This document shows, in pieces, positions 13,536-27,123 of a DNA stretch of 64,000 nt (its first letter is position 1; every line of letters begins with the position of its first letter). Source of the stretch: Octopus sinensis. Taxonomy: Eukaryota. Location: positions 19,654,001-19,718,000 of the forward strand of contig NC_042998.1 of the NCBI RefSeq assembly GCF_006345805.1. Reading direction: 5' to 3'. Both the position numbers and the translations under genes were made by a program. The notes below the pieces were generated by a model. The model was not told the origin of the DNA. It saw nothing but the letters and a program-made list of their open reading frames with translations, and ran no database searches.

Positions 13536-13870
13536 TGTATATATCTGGAGATCAATAAATACTGAGCATATGAAATTGTGAGACATAGATACGAATTATA
13601 CGTTGTCGGGGACCAACTCAGAACAATGCAGACGATAAGACATTACCGACAACCGTATTTATATTTCTGGTCGTAATTCCTGTACTTTTGAAGCCGTGTA
13701 TTGCAATACGAGGCTATAGGAAGTAAGCAATGTACCAACTTTGCTGTTATATAGCTTCATACCAAATTTTAACGTTAGATACATAGTTACGTATGACATC
13801 CCGAATTTATGCGTGTGTATTATAATTTAATCAATACCACAAGGGGAATAACTACTGCGGGTAGATTTCA
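13040..13870 (+). pseudogene. Decayed CUB units, segment 4
   Basis: IQVSFTE near 13200; LPTSAYIRIHF near 13460-13495; NSCTFE near 13675; RIY...KGNNYCG ending 13861. Confidence 0.5.
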
Positions 13871-14036
13871 TGTATTTTATCTTTATCTTTTACATGGTTT
13901 AGATAATGCACTGCAACCCAGCTGCGGTGATTCCTTGAAGGCTTTACTCGAAAGAATCGACCCCAGTTCTTGTATATTTTTCTAAAGGCTGGAACTTATC
14001 CTATCTGGACATTTTGCCTAACGTGTTACGGAGATA

Positions 14037-14072
<36 letters not shown>

Positions 14073-14107
14073 CACACACAAACACACATACACACACAAA
14101 TATTTGT

Positions 14108-14660
14108 GTGAAGGCGCATGGCTAAGAGGTTAGGATGTGGCACTCACGATTACAAGACAGTGGGTTCGAATACCAGACTGGGCGCTGCGTTGTGTTCTTG
14201 AGCAAAGCACTTCATTTCACATTGCTCTGCGATAATTTCCAAATCTGACATGTGGCACACGGTGCACCTGTGCAGGTAATATCGATTTGATGAAATGAGT
14301 GAGCTTATATGTACACAACCATTTTGATCAATATAAACAAATCATCAGTGTAGTTAGAACAGCAGACTCGCGGTCAAGGAATTGCGGGTTCGAATCTCAG
14401 ACCGGGCGATGTGTGTATGTTTATGAGCGAAACCACCTAAGCTCCACGCGGCTCCGGCAGAAGAGAAGGCAATGGCGATCTTCTGATGCCTCTTTCGCCA
14501 CAGCTTTCTCTCACTCTTTCCTCCTGCATGTGGCAGCTCACCTGCGACGAACCGGCGTCCCGTCCAAGTGGGGAACCTATACGCCAAGGAAACCGGGAAA
14601 CCTGCTCTTTTGACCCAGGTGTGTCTCCAGAAGGAACAACCAACTGTTCCTCCTAAAGGA
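14108..14660 (+). mobile_element. Two adjacent tRNA-headed SINEs (about 14108-14335 and 14345-14660)
   Basis: GGTTCGAAT B-box motifs at about 14163 and 14387; shared GGCGTCCCGTCC...GGAAACCGGG tail motif. Confidence 0.7.
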
Positions 14661-14669
14661 TGAAATAAT

Positions 14670-14723
<54 letters not shown>

Positions 14724-14894
14724 TGTGTGTGTGTGTCACCCCTCCAAATATGTATTCGATGGACCTCTTCCGAGTTCCTTCTACCAAGTCCACCTACAAA
14801 GCTTCGGTCGGCTTGGAGTTATTGTAGAAGATAGTTATGGCTCTACGCAGAGAGTTTGAACCCGCAACCATCTTGTTGTGAATTCAACTCCTTT

Positions 14895-15560
14895 GCTTTA
14901 ACGTTAGACATCCATCAAAACAACGGACAATGCTTCTCCGAACTCCCGTTTATAAGGCTTTGACTTCTTGAATTAAAAAGAATCATATTACTGCTCGTCT
15001 CAAATCAAATTGCTTGCCCATTCCATAGTCTTGTCTTTGAATTAGATCCTATTCAGTCACTACTTAGCTATCCACAATATCTGTAACAACGGAATATATA
15101 TACTGATAATATTGTCGTTGTTCAAACTGGTTTTATAACATAAAGTTATATAAGTTCCTGTCTTCCAATTTTATATATGCGATTACTATTAAAGAAATGC
15201 ATTTGTATAAACATAACACCGCTGTGCATTTCGAAGCTTAATTTGGATTGCTTTTGCCGTTGTGCAATTGAAAATTATTTGAGCAGAGCGTGCTTATTTA
15301 CGCTAATTAGGCTGGTACGCCGTTCAGTGTCATGTATACCTTTGTGTTTCACAAATGTCTGATGTCATATTACAGCCACGAATGACAATGGGAACGATAT
15401 TTTTGCTACACGTACACAGACAGTTTACAATGACTAATAGCAATTTTTTTGTATTTTATCATAGGTAATGCGATAACATTTCAAAACAACTTGAAGGAAT
15501 TTTTGTCAGTAAAACTAGCACCGTAATAAATGTTTCGTTCAACTCTGACATACACAGCTG
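14895..15560 (+). pseudogene. Decayed CUB units, segment 5
   Basis: One frame from about 14908 reads KRIILLLVSNQIACPFHSLVF...SLL...NIYTDNIVVVQTGF; NLDC at 15240-15251. Confidence 0.62.
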
Positions 15561-15574
15561 TTGACTCTAATACA

Positions 15575-15578
15575 CTAC

Positions 15579-15621
<43 letters not shown>

Positions 15622-15767
15622 GTAATAGTAGTAGTAGTAGTAGTAGTAGATGTTGTTTTTGTCGTTGTAGCGGCAGCGAGAACAACGATATTTGTTATTA
15701 TTACCATTGTTTTCCTCTTCAATTTTGTCGCAATTTCTTGCCGAGTGTCTTCTCAACATCTTGGGAA

Positions 15768-15834
<67 letters not shown>

Positions 15835-15865
15835 TATTATTATTATTATATTATTATTATCATTA

Positions 15866-15896
<31 letters not shown>

Positions 15897-16067
15897 AGTA
15901 GTAGTAGTAGTATTAGTAGTAGTAATAGTAGTAGTAGTAGTAGTAGTAGATGTTGTTTTTGTCGTTGTAGCGGCAGCGAGAACAACGATATTTGTTATTA
16001 TTACCATTGTTTTCCTCTTCAATTTTGTCGCAATTTCTTGCCGAGTGTCTTCTCAACATCTTGGGAA

Positions 16068-16099
<32 letters not shown>

Positions 16100-16103
16100 C
16101 ATT

Positions 16104-16135
<32 letters not shown>

Positions 16136-16155
16136 CATTATTATCATTATTGTTA

Positions 16156-16240
<85 letters not shown>
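15575..16240. repeat. (TAG)n/(TTA)n microsatellite block containing an exact 300-bp-period duplication
   Basis: The core 15611-15770 is repeated identically at 15911-16070. Confidence 0.9.
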
Positions 16241-16241
<1 letters not shown>

Positions 16242-16980
16242 TGTCTTTGCACAGCTTCTAACGTTGGAAATGTACTTCGGTACCAGCTGTTGACTACCAG
16301 TGAACTAAGGTAACGCACTTTAGTTTTCGAGCACCATCCGGAGTATTCGAGCGGTTCCAAGCAATGTTGTTTTCTGGAAGTTCTCCACCCTTATTGCAGC
16401 TCCTGTTTGTTCCATGTACTTATCAAGATTTTTACTCACTTTTCCCAGGTCTCCCACAATTATTGGTACCATTACCACTTTTTTTCAGCGACCACAACTG
16501 CTTAACCTGCAAAGGAAGCTAACTTGTCATATCTACCCACTTTTCTTTCTTCCTTATCACATACCTTGTTGTCAGTCGGGCATGCTATATATATCATCCA
16601 GCATCTTTTGCTTTGTTTTTCAATTAAGAAAATGCCTCGTTTCCTATTCTCTATCTCATGGTCGCACTGAATCATAAAATCCCATAGGATCTTTGCACTA
16701 TCATATTCGATGATAACTTCGGGTTTATGTTCGTACCACTGTTTTGCTGTCAAGTCCATACTTGTTGCAAAGGGTCCAATGGACAACCCTTGCTATATTG
16801 TTATGACGTCTCTTATATTCTTACTGGGCTAGCGGTGTATATTGACTGGTAATATGCCATACGGATTCACCATTTTGTCCACAAATTCTGCACGTATCAC
16901 TTTCTGGTGTGTTGCCTATTCAGTATTTGATGTCATTGATTCTTATTGCTTGCTCTTGGGCAGCACAGAATAGAGCCTCC
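16240..16980 (-). mobile_element. 3' fragment of an R4/Dong-like RLE non-LTR retrotransposon
   Basis: Minus-strand frames give EALFCAAQEQAI..CRICG...ESVWHI..RHNNIARVVHW.LC, KILWDFMIQCDHEIENR and QKTTLLGTARILRMVL*; the 3' end abuts (TAG)/(TTA) repeats. Confidence 0.85.
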
Positions 16981-17059
16981 GTGCCTTGCCCAAGGAAACA
17001 AGGCACCGCAGTGAATCGAACTCATGACCTGCAATCACTAACCAATACATTACGCACTT

Positions 17060-17640
17060 TTACTATTCGGAAGAAATAACTTTTAAAGAATGCATTGTGC
17101 AAATTATCATCGAGTTAAAAGTAAAACAGTATTCAAACCGTAGTAACATCTCACCGCGAGCGACGATGTTTAAATCAAGAAACACACCATATGAACTATT
17201 GTAGGAAATTTCATCAACGCATCAAATAGCATAACTGCTACATGAAGAATTAAGTGGATAGCACAACGGGCCGTTAGGTTCTCAAATTCCAACTAACATA
17301 TTTACAAGGAACACATAATGCTTGCAGACAAATGGTTTATAAATTACTAAAGGAGCCGAAGGGAGAAACGCAATAGCTCACAGTGAACAAGAGAAAGCAA
17401 AAATTATATAAAAGACTATATTATATGATTTTCTACAGTTTATAAAACCGTAAGTGCAATGTTATCACAGTTTACAAATAAAGATTTGAAGAAGAAAGCA
17501 TTACCGAATGTTGCAATTGGTATTGCTTATGAAATTGAGTGCAACAACTATTGGAAAAGTACTGGAAACATAGACGTAACCATCTGAAATGTTTATCCAT
17601 CAATAAGCAAATATACTAAATGATTCATATGTAAAATATC
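17060..17640 (+). pseudogene. Decayed CUB units, segment 6
   Basis: KECIVQI near 17085; ELSG near 17247; YDFLQF 17424-17441. Confidence 0.42.
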
Positions 17641-17986
17641 AGTACTCATTCATGATTCTAGGTTTATGTTGAAAACAGTCATATAGGTGGATGTTAAAAG
17701 AAAAACCTGAATCACAGGCACAAACGAACAAGTACTTACAGACACTTATACTAATATGTATATATATATATATGTGTGTGTGTATATATGTGTGTGTATA
17801 TATGTGTGCGTGTGTGTGCGTATATGTACACACGTATATATATATATTAATAAAAGTATCTTATATATAAAGTATAATAAAAGTATATATATATATACAC
17901 ACATTAATAAAACTATATTACACTACGTCCAGTAATCAAGTACTATTTTTCCCCACCTTGTTTCACATATATAAGTACATACACAC

Positions 17987-18086
<100 letters not shown>

Positions 18087-18136
18087 AGAGAGAGAGAGAC
18101 AGAGACAGAGACACACAGACAAACAGACAGACAGAC

Positions 18137-18196
<60 letters not shown>

Positions 18197-18284
18197 GTGT
18201 GTGTATGTGTATGTGTGTGCATGTCTGTGTGTGTGCGTCTGTACATACATATATGAAACACTGTATACTGAAATAAATTATAGA

Positions 18285-18812
18285 GATATAAATTTTGCTG
18301 CAAGTCTTTTCATTTGCAATTCCTCGATCAAAATCCGTTGGCAGGAGCTCCAGGAAACACCAGTAACACCAACAATTCTGTCAATTGTTCGGTGACGGCC
18401 CTCCAAGTTCAGCACACGAATATTTGTGATGGTTATTTTCGCTTGTTCAGTAGGCCGGTGGTCGCCCGAAACGAGGTTGGTCTTCAAGCGAGAAGTGACC
18501 ACTCCTAAGGTGTGAAAACCACTCGTAAACTTGTGTTTTGCTTATGGCAGCGTCCATGGAAGCTGTTTGAAGCATGACGACTGTCTCGACCGCCGTTTAT
18601 CCCAGCAGAAAACAGAATTTCCCGGAAGCACCTTGTTCGTTCATTTCAGCCATCGCAAAACTTGACGAACAGGAGAGAAGCACTACAGAACAAAGACGCT
18701 CACCTGGCAGTACCATCACACCACGCGAAGCCGGTCGGCGCATTGGATGGAAGCTTAAACTACTACGGGTTTGTCCCACAGAGAACGTCTTCGGTCACTT
18801 CTGAGTACCTCC
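18285..18812 (-). mobile_element. Mariner-type transposase 5' fragment
   Basis: Reverse complement gives MAEMNEQ..KFCFLLG*TAVET..ML..ISKTQVYEWF...SLEDQPRFGRP and EELQMKRLAAKF (mariner HTH region). Confidence 0.8.
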
Positions 18813-18816
18813 TTGA

Positions 18817-18865
<49 letters not shown>

Positions 18866-18893
18866 GAAACACGTTGTTTGATAATTTTATCTA

Positions 18894-18935
<42 letters not shown>

Positions 18936-18944
18936 TATATATAT

Positions 18945-18979
<35 letters not shown>

Positions 18980-19113
18980 TACTTATCCACGAAACATACA
19001 TATTGTAGTTTCATAATTTTTTATATGTTACGTATATATTTCGTACAGGAAATTTACATATTATATCATATGCCAAAATACCCTTTAAACATACTTTAAA
19101 CAAATGTAGACAT

Positions 19114-19150
<37 letters not shown>

Positions 19151-19519
19151 ATGTTTAACTAAAGGCACTGTGTTTTCACAAAGTTCGGTTCGTTTTAAAA
19201 TGTTTCATCCCAGAATTAGTTTCCCCGTCTCAGCATTGTGCTACTTGTATTGCCTGTTGATTGTAACAACCTTTTCCACTCAACATCTCGCTTCTTAAGT
19301 CTCTGCGTCTTAATTTTTACCTATGTCGTTCTCTCTCGTTTTCTCTCACATTGCCACATCTAGTTAGCAGTCTGTCTCCCTCGCTCTATCTCTCGCTAAC
19401 TCTATCTTTCTGTCTCTATCTATCCATTAATCACGTTTTACTTCTATCTTCTTAGTTTTTAGAATAAACATCTTACCTATCGAATGTAGTGCGATTTAAC
19501 ATCACTATTTCCTGCGCTC

Positions 19520-19620
19520 GCGAGGAGATGCAAGTTTCGGTGAAGGATTTCATCGCCTCGACGGACGAGAAATTGTATCAGCTTAGGAGCAAAGAATTAA
19601 CAGATAGGTGGCTTCAATTT
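19520..19620 (+). mobile_element. Mariner transposase C-terminal relic
   Basis: VKDFIASTDEKLYQLRSKELTDRWLQ resembles the mariner C-terminal F..GI..L..RW motif. Confidence 0.4.
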
Positions 19621-19629
19621 GTTATTTCT

Positions 19630-20045
19630 TTATTGCCCACTAGGGGCTAATCATAGAGGAGACAAACAAAGACAAAGGGATTACATCGACCCCAGTGCGT
19701 AACTGGCACTTAATTTATCGACCTAGAAAGGATGAAAGGCAAAGTCGACCTCGGCGGAATTTGAACTCAGAACGTAACGGCAGACGAAATACCTCTAAAC
19801 ATTTCGCCCGACGCGCTAACGTTTCTTATTTCTTTATTGCCCACAAGCGGCTAAACATAGATAGGACAAACAAGGACAAACAAAGGGATTAAGTCGATTA
19901 CATCGATCCCAGTGCGTAACTGGTACTTAATTTATCGACCCAGAAAGGATGAAAGACAAAGTCGACCTCGGCGGAATTTGAACTCAGAACGTAACGGCAG
20001 ACGAAATACCGCCGGCGCTAACGTTTCTGCAAGCTCACCGCCTTC
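19630..20045 (-). mobile_element. SINE family C, tandem units
   Basis: Repeated TTATCGACC..GAAAGGATGAAAG.CAAAGTCGACCTCGGCGGAATTTGAACTCAGAACGTAACGGCAGACGAAATACC. Confidence 0.85.
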
Positions 20046-20279
20046 CGTTCTGCAACACGATGGCCTCCACTTTGAATGCTAGGCTGTTTTGGTTGTCAAT
20101 TGAAGAATAAAGCAAATGAGTTAGCAAAATATTGCGAAACATTTGACTCAGCACAATAAATAAATGGCAAATAAAACTGCAGTTACGGATAGAAAAGGTA
20201 ATGATTCAGCAAATCATATTTCAAGTGAGAGAGATATATTCTTCATGCCGTTAAATATAAGCTTAGGACACACATATAT

Positions 20280-22600
20280 ATATATTATATCCCTCTATTC
20301 ACTTTCGCTTGGCATGTGAATCATTCGCCTCATATAGTAACCTATACAGTATCCGTCCAACCACCGTAGGCAATATTATAAAGCTGCAGATGATTAGTAA
20401 CTTCAAAACAGTGCCATAGACATTTTGCAGATTTACAATAGGAATTTATATGATATTCAGATTGGAAAAATGTGCCAAAGGCACCATAGAATTGTGGAAA
20501 ACTAAATGAGAACACTAATATCATGTTAGATAATAATCCATAGATATACGGGATTTACTAATGCTTAGAAATATATGAACTTCCCAAAATAAAAAATATA
20601 TATTTGTGAACGAAGATTTTTTTCGAAAGAGTAATATAGATGCATTAGATTGGTAATTAAAGAAATGTTAAAGACGTTAAATTAGTAACAAGCAATTGTT
20701 TTAACTGCATTAAACTTCAGCTGGGCTCTGAATGAATTACCATGACTTGACAGGTTAATACTAAATAAAATCTCACATAAGAACATATATAGCATAAATA
20801 GTGGAAGAATGATCCGAATGAACTTTTTCCTATATTATAAAATATTTACTGCAAGGCTACAAAAATATCTTGTAAAGAACAAAAGAAAATTATTACAAAT
20901 AGGTACTGGTTGGATTCAGCTTTCAAAGCTATGCCCTAAGCAATGACACGCCAATTATTGTCTTTGGTATACAAACTTATATATAATGGGATTTAAGTTT
21001 TAATAGAACATGTATTGTTAAAAAAAATCTAGCAGGAGAGGAATTTGCCCCCGTATTGAAATACCAGCCTCAAAAGACAATATACCTATGTAAAATAGAT
21101 GGGGGAAAAGTATACAAATATACACGTCTGGGAACATAAATAATTACAATTTGAAATCCGGAAAGGAAACAATGTCTATAATAACATTCAAAGATATGGA
21201 AATCTACAATTTCTGGAACTAACAGATAGGCACCACATAATAAATAGTCTGCTGTATGTACATAATGTGAATAATTCCTAGCATGTAGTATGTTCATACT
21301 GCAAAATTTCAAAACTACAATATAAAAATCTTATATACAGAAGGCCCATTTACAAAAAAATATTCAGATTTATAAGGTAGTGAAAGTGTTCCTTAAATAT
21401 AAGATTACAAACAGGAAAGTTAATTTGTTTTGCTTGGACCCCGGCCAATTGTGATCAAGGTAACTGAATATGATAAGTTTTTTTAGTCACAAACCTGTTG
21501 CTATCTTCGTATTCGAAGCAATATAATGTTCGTTGTGTCATTCCTCCATTTAGAAATGTCATTTAAGAAAGATTTCAATTGTTTTTCAAAAGTTTTGAGT
21601 GGCTACTTAGACAAGGTCGGAAACGAAAACATCCTTCTTTATAATAAATGCTTGTTTGCATTAAAAAATTTCTTTTATTATGTAAGCACAATAGCGCAAT
21701 GTATTGTATTTCCTGGATATTCTACAAAGTTTTACATAGCATCTATATTCATGGACCATAATCAATAGGAATAAATTAAAACTGTCTCCGTCAATACCGC
21801 AATTAATAATACAATATTTAATGTTAATATCTAATGCTTTAGGACGTTTCGAGTTTCAATAGAATTCCAACAGGTAAACACAGTTGGCGTCTATATGTAC
21901 GTTACAAATCTCTAAATAAGGCAACAGGTGTTTCCGATATTTGGATAACTTCGGTAAAGTCTGTTTTTATTATTTTAATCTAAAATGAGTTTCAAACGAA
22001 ACTTAACCTCTTAGGAATATATTCCATGCATTTTGGTGATGAATAGTTGTTTCCCAAGTCATGTGAGGACTGGCGTGAAATTTGCGTATTTCACTTAACA
22101 AAACTAATTTTCTTTTTCAATATAAAATAATAATTGTGGTAACGATAAGTTCATCAAAGATACATGAGATGATGTCTCCTAATCCCAGAAAACTTTTGAG
22201 AAATTCTCTGGAGTATAATACAAAATCGAAAACCAAAATTCTTCAGAAATTATTTATATCTTAAATGGTTTTATTGTGTTCCTGCATATGGCATATGCAA
22301 ACAGTTTCCTTATGTTTAAATATTTTATAATAATACTTTTCTTTATGTTAGACTGAATCAATACAGAACATTTAGAATGTCAAATGCATGCATTTCATGC
22401 ATTTACTTAACATTATCTAAAATTACTAATAATTGCTTTTACATTATGAATAACTCCATAATTTCTTCAATATATTACCATGTGGCGACTTGTAGACTTC
22501 ATTTATTCAACTAAATTCCAGATAAAATGGCAATCAGCAGTGAAGCGTTCTTCTTCAATGTCAGGACGACACCATAGATTCTACACAAAAAGATTTTGTA
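20280..22600 (+). pseudogene. Decayed CUB units, segment 7 (four or more abutting domains)
   Basis: LYSIRPTTVGNIIKLQ from 20342; DILQIYNRNLYDIQIGKMC 20419-20475; IYSINSGRMIRMNF...LLQIGTGWIQLSKLC open from 20746 to 20943; IITFKDMEI 21178-21204 then FLELTD; ORF 21526-21768 VVSFLHLEM..DFNC..ILLYNKC..YVSTIAQCIVF. Confidence 0.75.
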
Positions 22601-22604
22601 GAAA

Positions 22605-22998
22605 TCTTTATATATAAAACTAAAGTTGTGTGTCTGTCTCCTACGATTTAGATTCCTAACTACTCCCACATTTTGCGGTGCAGTTTAACCAAAACCGGGT
22701 ATCTTATAGTCGTTATTCATATCGAGCCCTTCTGGGTATTAGCACGCGTCTACGATGAGTCTACGATTTAAAAAAAAATTACCATCATTCTTTTCCATTT
22801 TAATGCATTTTTCGCTATTATATAAGGGAAGTAACTCTCTAAAAATGTCTACGATGAGTCAACGATTTAAAAAAATTTACCATAATTTTTTTTCCATTTT
22901 TAATGCATTTTTTTGCTATTTTTTGGCTATAACTCTCTAAACATGCTTATATAGTTATTTCCCTTACAAACCCGAGCAACGCCGGGCGATACTGCTAG
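22605..22998 (+). mobile_element. Non-autonomous Helitron (394 bp)
   Basis: Starts TCTTTATATATAAAA after an A, has the subterminal hairpin CCCGAGCAACGCCGGG (22971-22986) and ends CTAG before a T; internal tandem duplication of about 95 bp. Confidence 0.8.
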
Positions 22999-23239
22999 TT
23001 GAAACATAAAATCGTCACAAAAAATGTTTCTTTTAAAACTAATAAGTTTTCCCCTTATCCTGTCCTGAGACATACTGATTTAAAGATACTGGGTTCATTT
23101 ACAATGACGCTATAAACAAAAAGATATGTGGAAGAAATGAAGTTTCTGTAAGGAAGAGGTTCAGAATAAATATATGGGAGTACACTTTACACATCCAAGA
23201 CATATCTTTCTGTCTGAAATATGCAATGGTGTAAAGAAA

Positions 23240-23640
23240 AAAGGCGGCGTGCTGGCAAAAACGTTAGCATGCCGGGTGAAATGATTAGCAGTATTGCGTC
23301 TGCCGCTACGTACTGAGTTCAAAATCCCTCGAGGTCGGCTTTGCCTTTCATCCTTTCGGGGTCGATAAATAAAGTACCAGTTATACACTGGGGTCAATGT
23401 AATCGACTTAAAACCCCTGTTTGTCCTTGTTTGTCCCCTCTGTTTAGCCCCTTGTGGGTAGTAAAGAAATAGGTATTTTGTCTGCCGTTACAATCTGAGT
23501 TCAAATTCCCCCGAGGTCGACTTTGCCTTTCATTTTTTGGGATCGATAAATCAAGTACCAGCTGAGTATTGGGGTCGATGTGATCGACTGTCCCCCACCA
23601 TACAAAATGCAGGCATTGTGCCTATAGTAGAAAGGTTTGT
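23240..23640 (+). mobile_element. SINE family C dimer
   Basis: Two units of TGAGTTCAAA.TCC..CGAGGTCG.CTTTGCCTTTCAT..TT.GGG.TCGATAAAT. Confidence 0.85.
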
Positions 23641-24320
23641 TACTGTAAAGAAGTAATCTTTTTCTTAATATTATTTACACAAAGATCAGCATTCTGTTCC
23701 TTGTATTCTACAATTTCTCTTCATATAAATATTATATTTTACATCACGGAGCTTTTCTAGATGTGTGTTTAAGTTTTATTATCTCAATATACTAATCGAT
23801 GGAATATGACGAAATAGTTTCGAGTGTTACATTTCCGATATCTTTTTTTTTTTTGTTTTAACGATGCAATAGCATAATTGAAATATTCAGCATTTCCGAT
23901 CAATTACGGAAATTAAACTCTAAAGAACTCTAACTACGAAATGTATTCGACGCCATTATTGAAGTTCTTAATGACTTGTGTATCAGTGTGACACTCACAA
24001 ATTTCATAATGGATGGAAATCTTTAATATAATGAATCACTTCTTTGTTTCCCTTTTAAATAACTCAACTATGAAAGAAAATCACACACACTATTGAAATC
24101 TTCTACATAATGAAGGAACGCTTCAGAACAAATTTAAGAACAGGTATAAAATGTTTAACTTTCACAAGTTTCACTGGTTTTATATGAGTAATGTTTGTTA
24201 CTATCATTTGAACTTCTTCTGATTGCAGCAGGCACTACCTTGTATCAAATTTAACAGAAATTTTAAACGTAATCATTGTAATTACGGTCTGAAGCCATGC
24301 AAATAAATTTTAAATTCAAA
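23640..24320 (+). pseudogene. Decayed CUB units, segment 8
   Basis: YSAFPINYGN 23884-23913; QCDTHKFHNGWKSLI near 23985-24030; NFKRNHCNYG near 24258-24288. Confidence 0.55.
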
Positions 24321-24699
24321 AGATGCTGTTGATTATATATTTGGGTATCTTCTATGTTAAGGTCTAAGTTCTGAAACTGAACAGAATAAGGTCCGTGCGC
24401 TGAATTTGACGTGAATGCTGATTACTAATATATAAACACACAGTAAGCTAATGGCCAGTTACTGTTTTTGCGTGCATTGTTTTTGTTGTTGAAATCACTG
24501 TTGTGATGGATTCAAGCTGAGCATGGTGGAACAAACATAGGCTGAAAGCTATTTCAAGTCATGGTTGTATTTGTCAAAGACAAGACGATGCATTGTGACA
24601 TTCGTATTTTCGTATTTTTTTTTACGAAGGCAAGGTTTGACTTAAGGAGGATCTGGGCATTATTTCTGGTAGCTCAAGTAGCAATGTGTCGGTTTATTT

Positions 24700-25770
24700 T
24701 ATATGCAACCTCTGGAAGAAGGACATTGCTTTCAGCATTAGCGAGGGCTCAGAGGACGGTCAACTTGATGATATTCACTACAGGAAGGATATAAACAGAG
24801 AAAGGTTTCCAGTAGTCCGCACTTCTAGAAAGAAATCATTGGTTAAAATTGTCGGTGTAGGTTGAGGGACCTAGACGCTAAAACTGATGGGGAGTAGAAA
24901 GATAAGTACTGCTTGGGTGCCATCATGATGAAGGAAGGAGACTAGCAATCTGTTGGTACAGAGTCCATTAGTATAAAATGGAAAAGGTAAAAGGTTATAG
25001 TATGCCTGTAAGATAGAGTCTTCAATGTGTACCTTAAAGAGAAATTATGTGTTCTATACATTCGCCAAGCATGCATTATAGCGTAGTAGCTGCTTCGTTC
25101 GTCCAAGATGCTGGAGTTTTACTCTATTTTGGAGATCGTGTGCAAATCAGATTGTGTCACTGGAGTTCAACTGTAACTCTAGCCTTGCAGAGAAGGATCG
25201 GTTTTATGGTGCTATGTCGAGCATGTACTTGTGGGAATAGAGCATCAGGGATATTGATTTTTGGCATTCAGAACTGAGTGTTTGTTCTACAGGTGAGTAT
25301 TACACTTGGGAATGTGTGGTGAGAGAGTTTTGCCAAATCGAGTGGTATTTGAGAGATATTTCGCTGTTTAGGGAAAACAGATTGCCAGAGTTCCACTGAA
25401 AGTTTCTCACAATGTCCCTATTTAAGTATTCGATGCAAGTTTGACGATTTGTGTTTAGGTTGCACGGCGATTAGGTACATCAAGGACGGTTTAGGTAGGA
25501 AGGAAGATTCATGGCGTTCACATAAGAAAGGAGGTAACCTAATGTGTGACAAATATTGATGCATAGAAGGGCGTTCAGAACAATGCCAATCCCTGGGCGA
25601 AAGAGTTGACTATGAGTGGCGAAGAAATGTCTCCGTTACAGAAAGCTGTGACCGTTCGATCTAATAGGAAACTACCGATCCAAGAGATGAGATGAGTAGA
25701 ATCTAATATTTCATATCAGATTGGGCCCTTGTATACCAGATAGCTAATGTCCACATCACAAATATTACAT
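24700..25770 (-). mobile_element. Decayed CR1/L2-group LINE RT 3' fragment
   Basis: Reverse complement gives LISWIGSFLLDRTVTAFCNGDISSPLIVNS, homologous to the RT segment preceding GVPQGS, and LKTLSYRHTITFYLF from the C-terminal region; many stops. Confidence 0.6.
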
Positions 25771-25779
25771 TAAAAACAC

Positions 25780-26366
25780 TTGTTAAAATCGAGGGCCAAA
25801 TGGTTTCATTTAAAGCAGCGATTTTAGGATCAGACGAATAAAATATCAGGCTATTTATTTCAACTGTAATAAATTCCTAAAAGACATATATCCGCTTCAA
25901 CTAAAATTAGTGACTAATTTTATTTGTCCCTTACTTTTAAAGATCGCCTTTAATTTTTAACAAAATATAAATACGGAGCAGTCCTATGTCAATGATTTTA
26001 TTATCATCCGATTATCAACAAAACGAATATCTATTTGCCAGTACCGGTTTGTGCAATTGATCACTAACTTTCTTCTGGGCTCACATTTGGATTCAACATT
26101 GCTCAAAATTATTTCTGATATATGCTTATCAAATTACAAATTCAGTCAGCAAGAAATTTATTCTTCATGATTTCTACCTAGATGTTCTTTTTTTTTAATC
26201 TAAATGTATGTAGAATACATACATTTGTATAAAAATATAGACATTCATATATATGTGTGTATTTATATATTAATATATATATATATATTATTTATTATTA
26301 TGTATAATGATACATGATACATATTATTATGCATTATATATTATCTGTATATATATTATATATAAT

Positions 26367-26421
<55 letters not shown>

Positions 26422-27000
26422 GAGGTGAAGGAAAACGGGAAAATAGGAATATACAGGAAAACAGTGGCATATCATATAAATATTTAATGACACTATTGTG
26501 CTTTATCGCAACAATTTGAAAATGAAATACTGATTTTATGCTTTGTCTTTTAACATTGTATGTCAAAGACAGGCATTTGAAGTCCGGTATTCTATTACTA
26601 TTTCTCATATGGCCTGCGGACTGTCTTATCGTTAGATGCATAATAATGAATGCTTAACAATACGGTATTATTTTTTTCTAAGAAATATTCGAAATAGCCA
26701 TCATTTGGCTGTCTCCGATCTGCATAACAAACTACCAATTGAGCATAGAAGTCAGACTGGAAATGTGTAGTATCGCATTGAGTTATATTTTATCTCCGGG
26801 CACGTAGGGTACTTATTTGAATATTTGCCGTGATTTTGTTTCTGACATTTGTGTTTCTATGTTTTAAATACTTTTTTTGCAGTTCGAATGAGATGTCAAG
26901 TTAGTACGGAAACATTTTTCTGTAGGAAGTTATTGAGACAATAGGCATATTCATAGTATCAAAATATCATTCCACAATACAATCACATAAGTAAAGAAAC
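25780..27000 (+). pseudogene. Decayed CUB units, segment 9
   Basis: YQITNSVSKKFILHDFYLD near 26125-26185; CMSKTGI*SPVF 26557-26592 followed by ADCLIV. Confidence 0.55.
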
Positions 27001-27065
27001 ACATACAAGAGTACAGAGACACTCTAAGAATATCTTTTTACGAAATACATACATATGCATATACT

Positions 27066-27123
<58 letters not shown>

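Noticed and set aside
13626-13728. Possible signal-peptide exon (MQTIRHYRQ-TVFIFLVVIPVLLKPCIA) with a GTAAGC donor
   Set aside because: Needs an assumed 1-bp insertion, and an alternative frame gives CUB-like NSCTFE leading to YCG. Not excluded, but unsupported.
15561-16313. 250-aa ORF and other long low-complexity ORFs (poly-I/Y/S, IYIY, VCVC), including the N-terminal extension of ORF 55547-57451
   Set aside because: Translations of stop-free microsatellites, not genes
17060-17600. Possible Jockey-like LINE linker (AHSEQEKAK)
   Set aside because: No RT or APE motifs nearby, and CUB-like motifs (YDFLQF) explain the region at least as well
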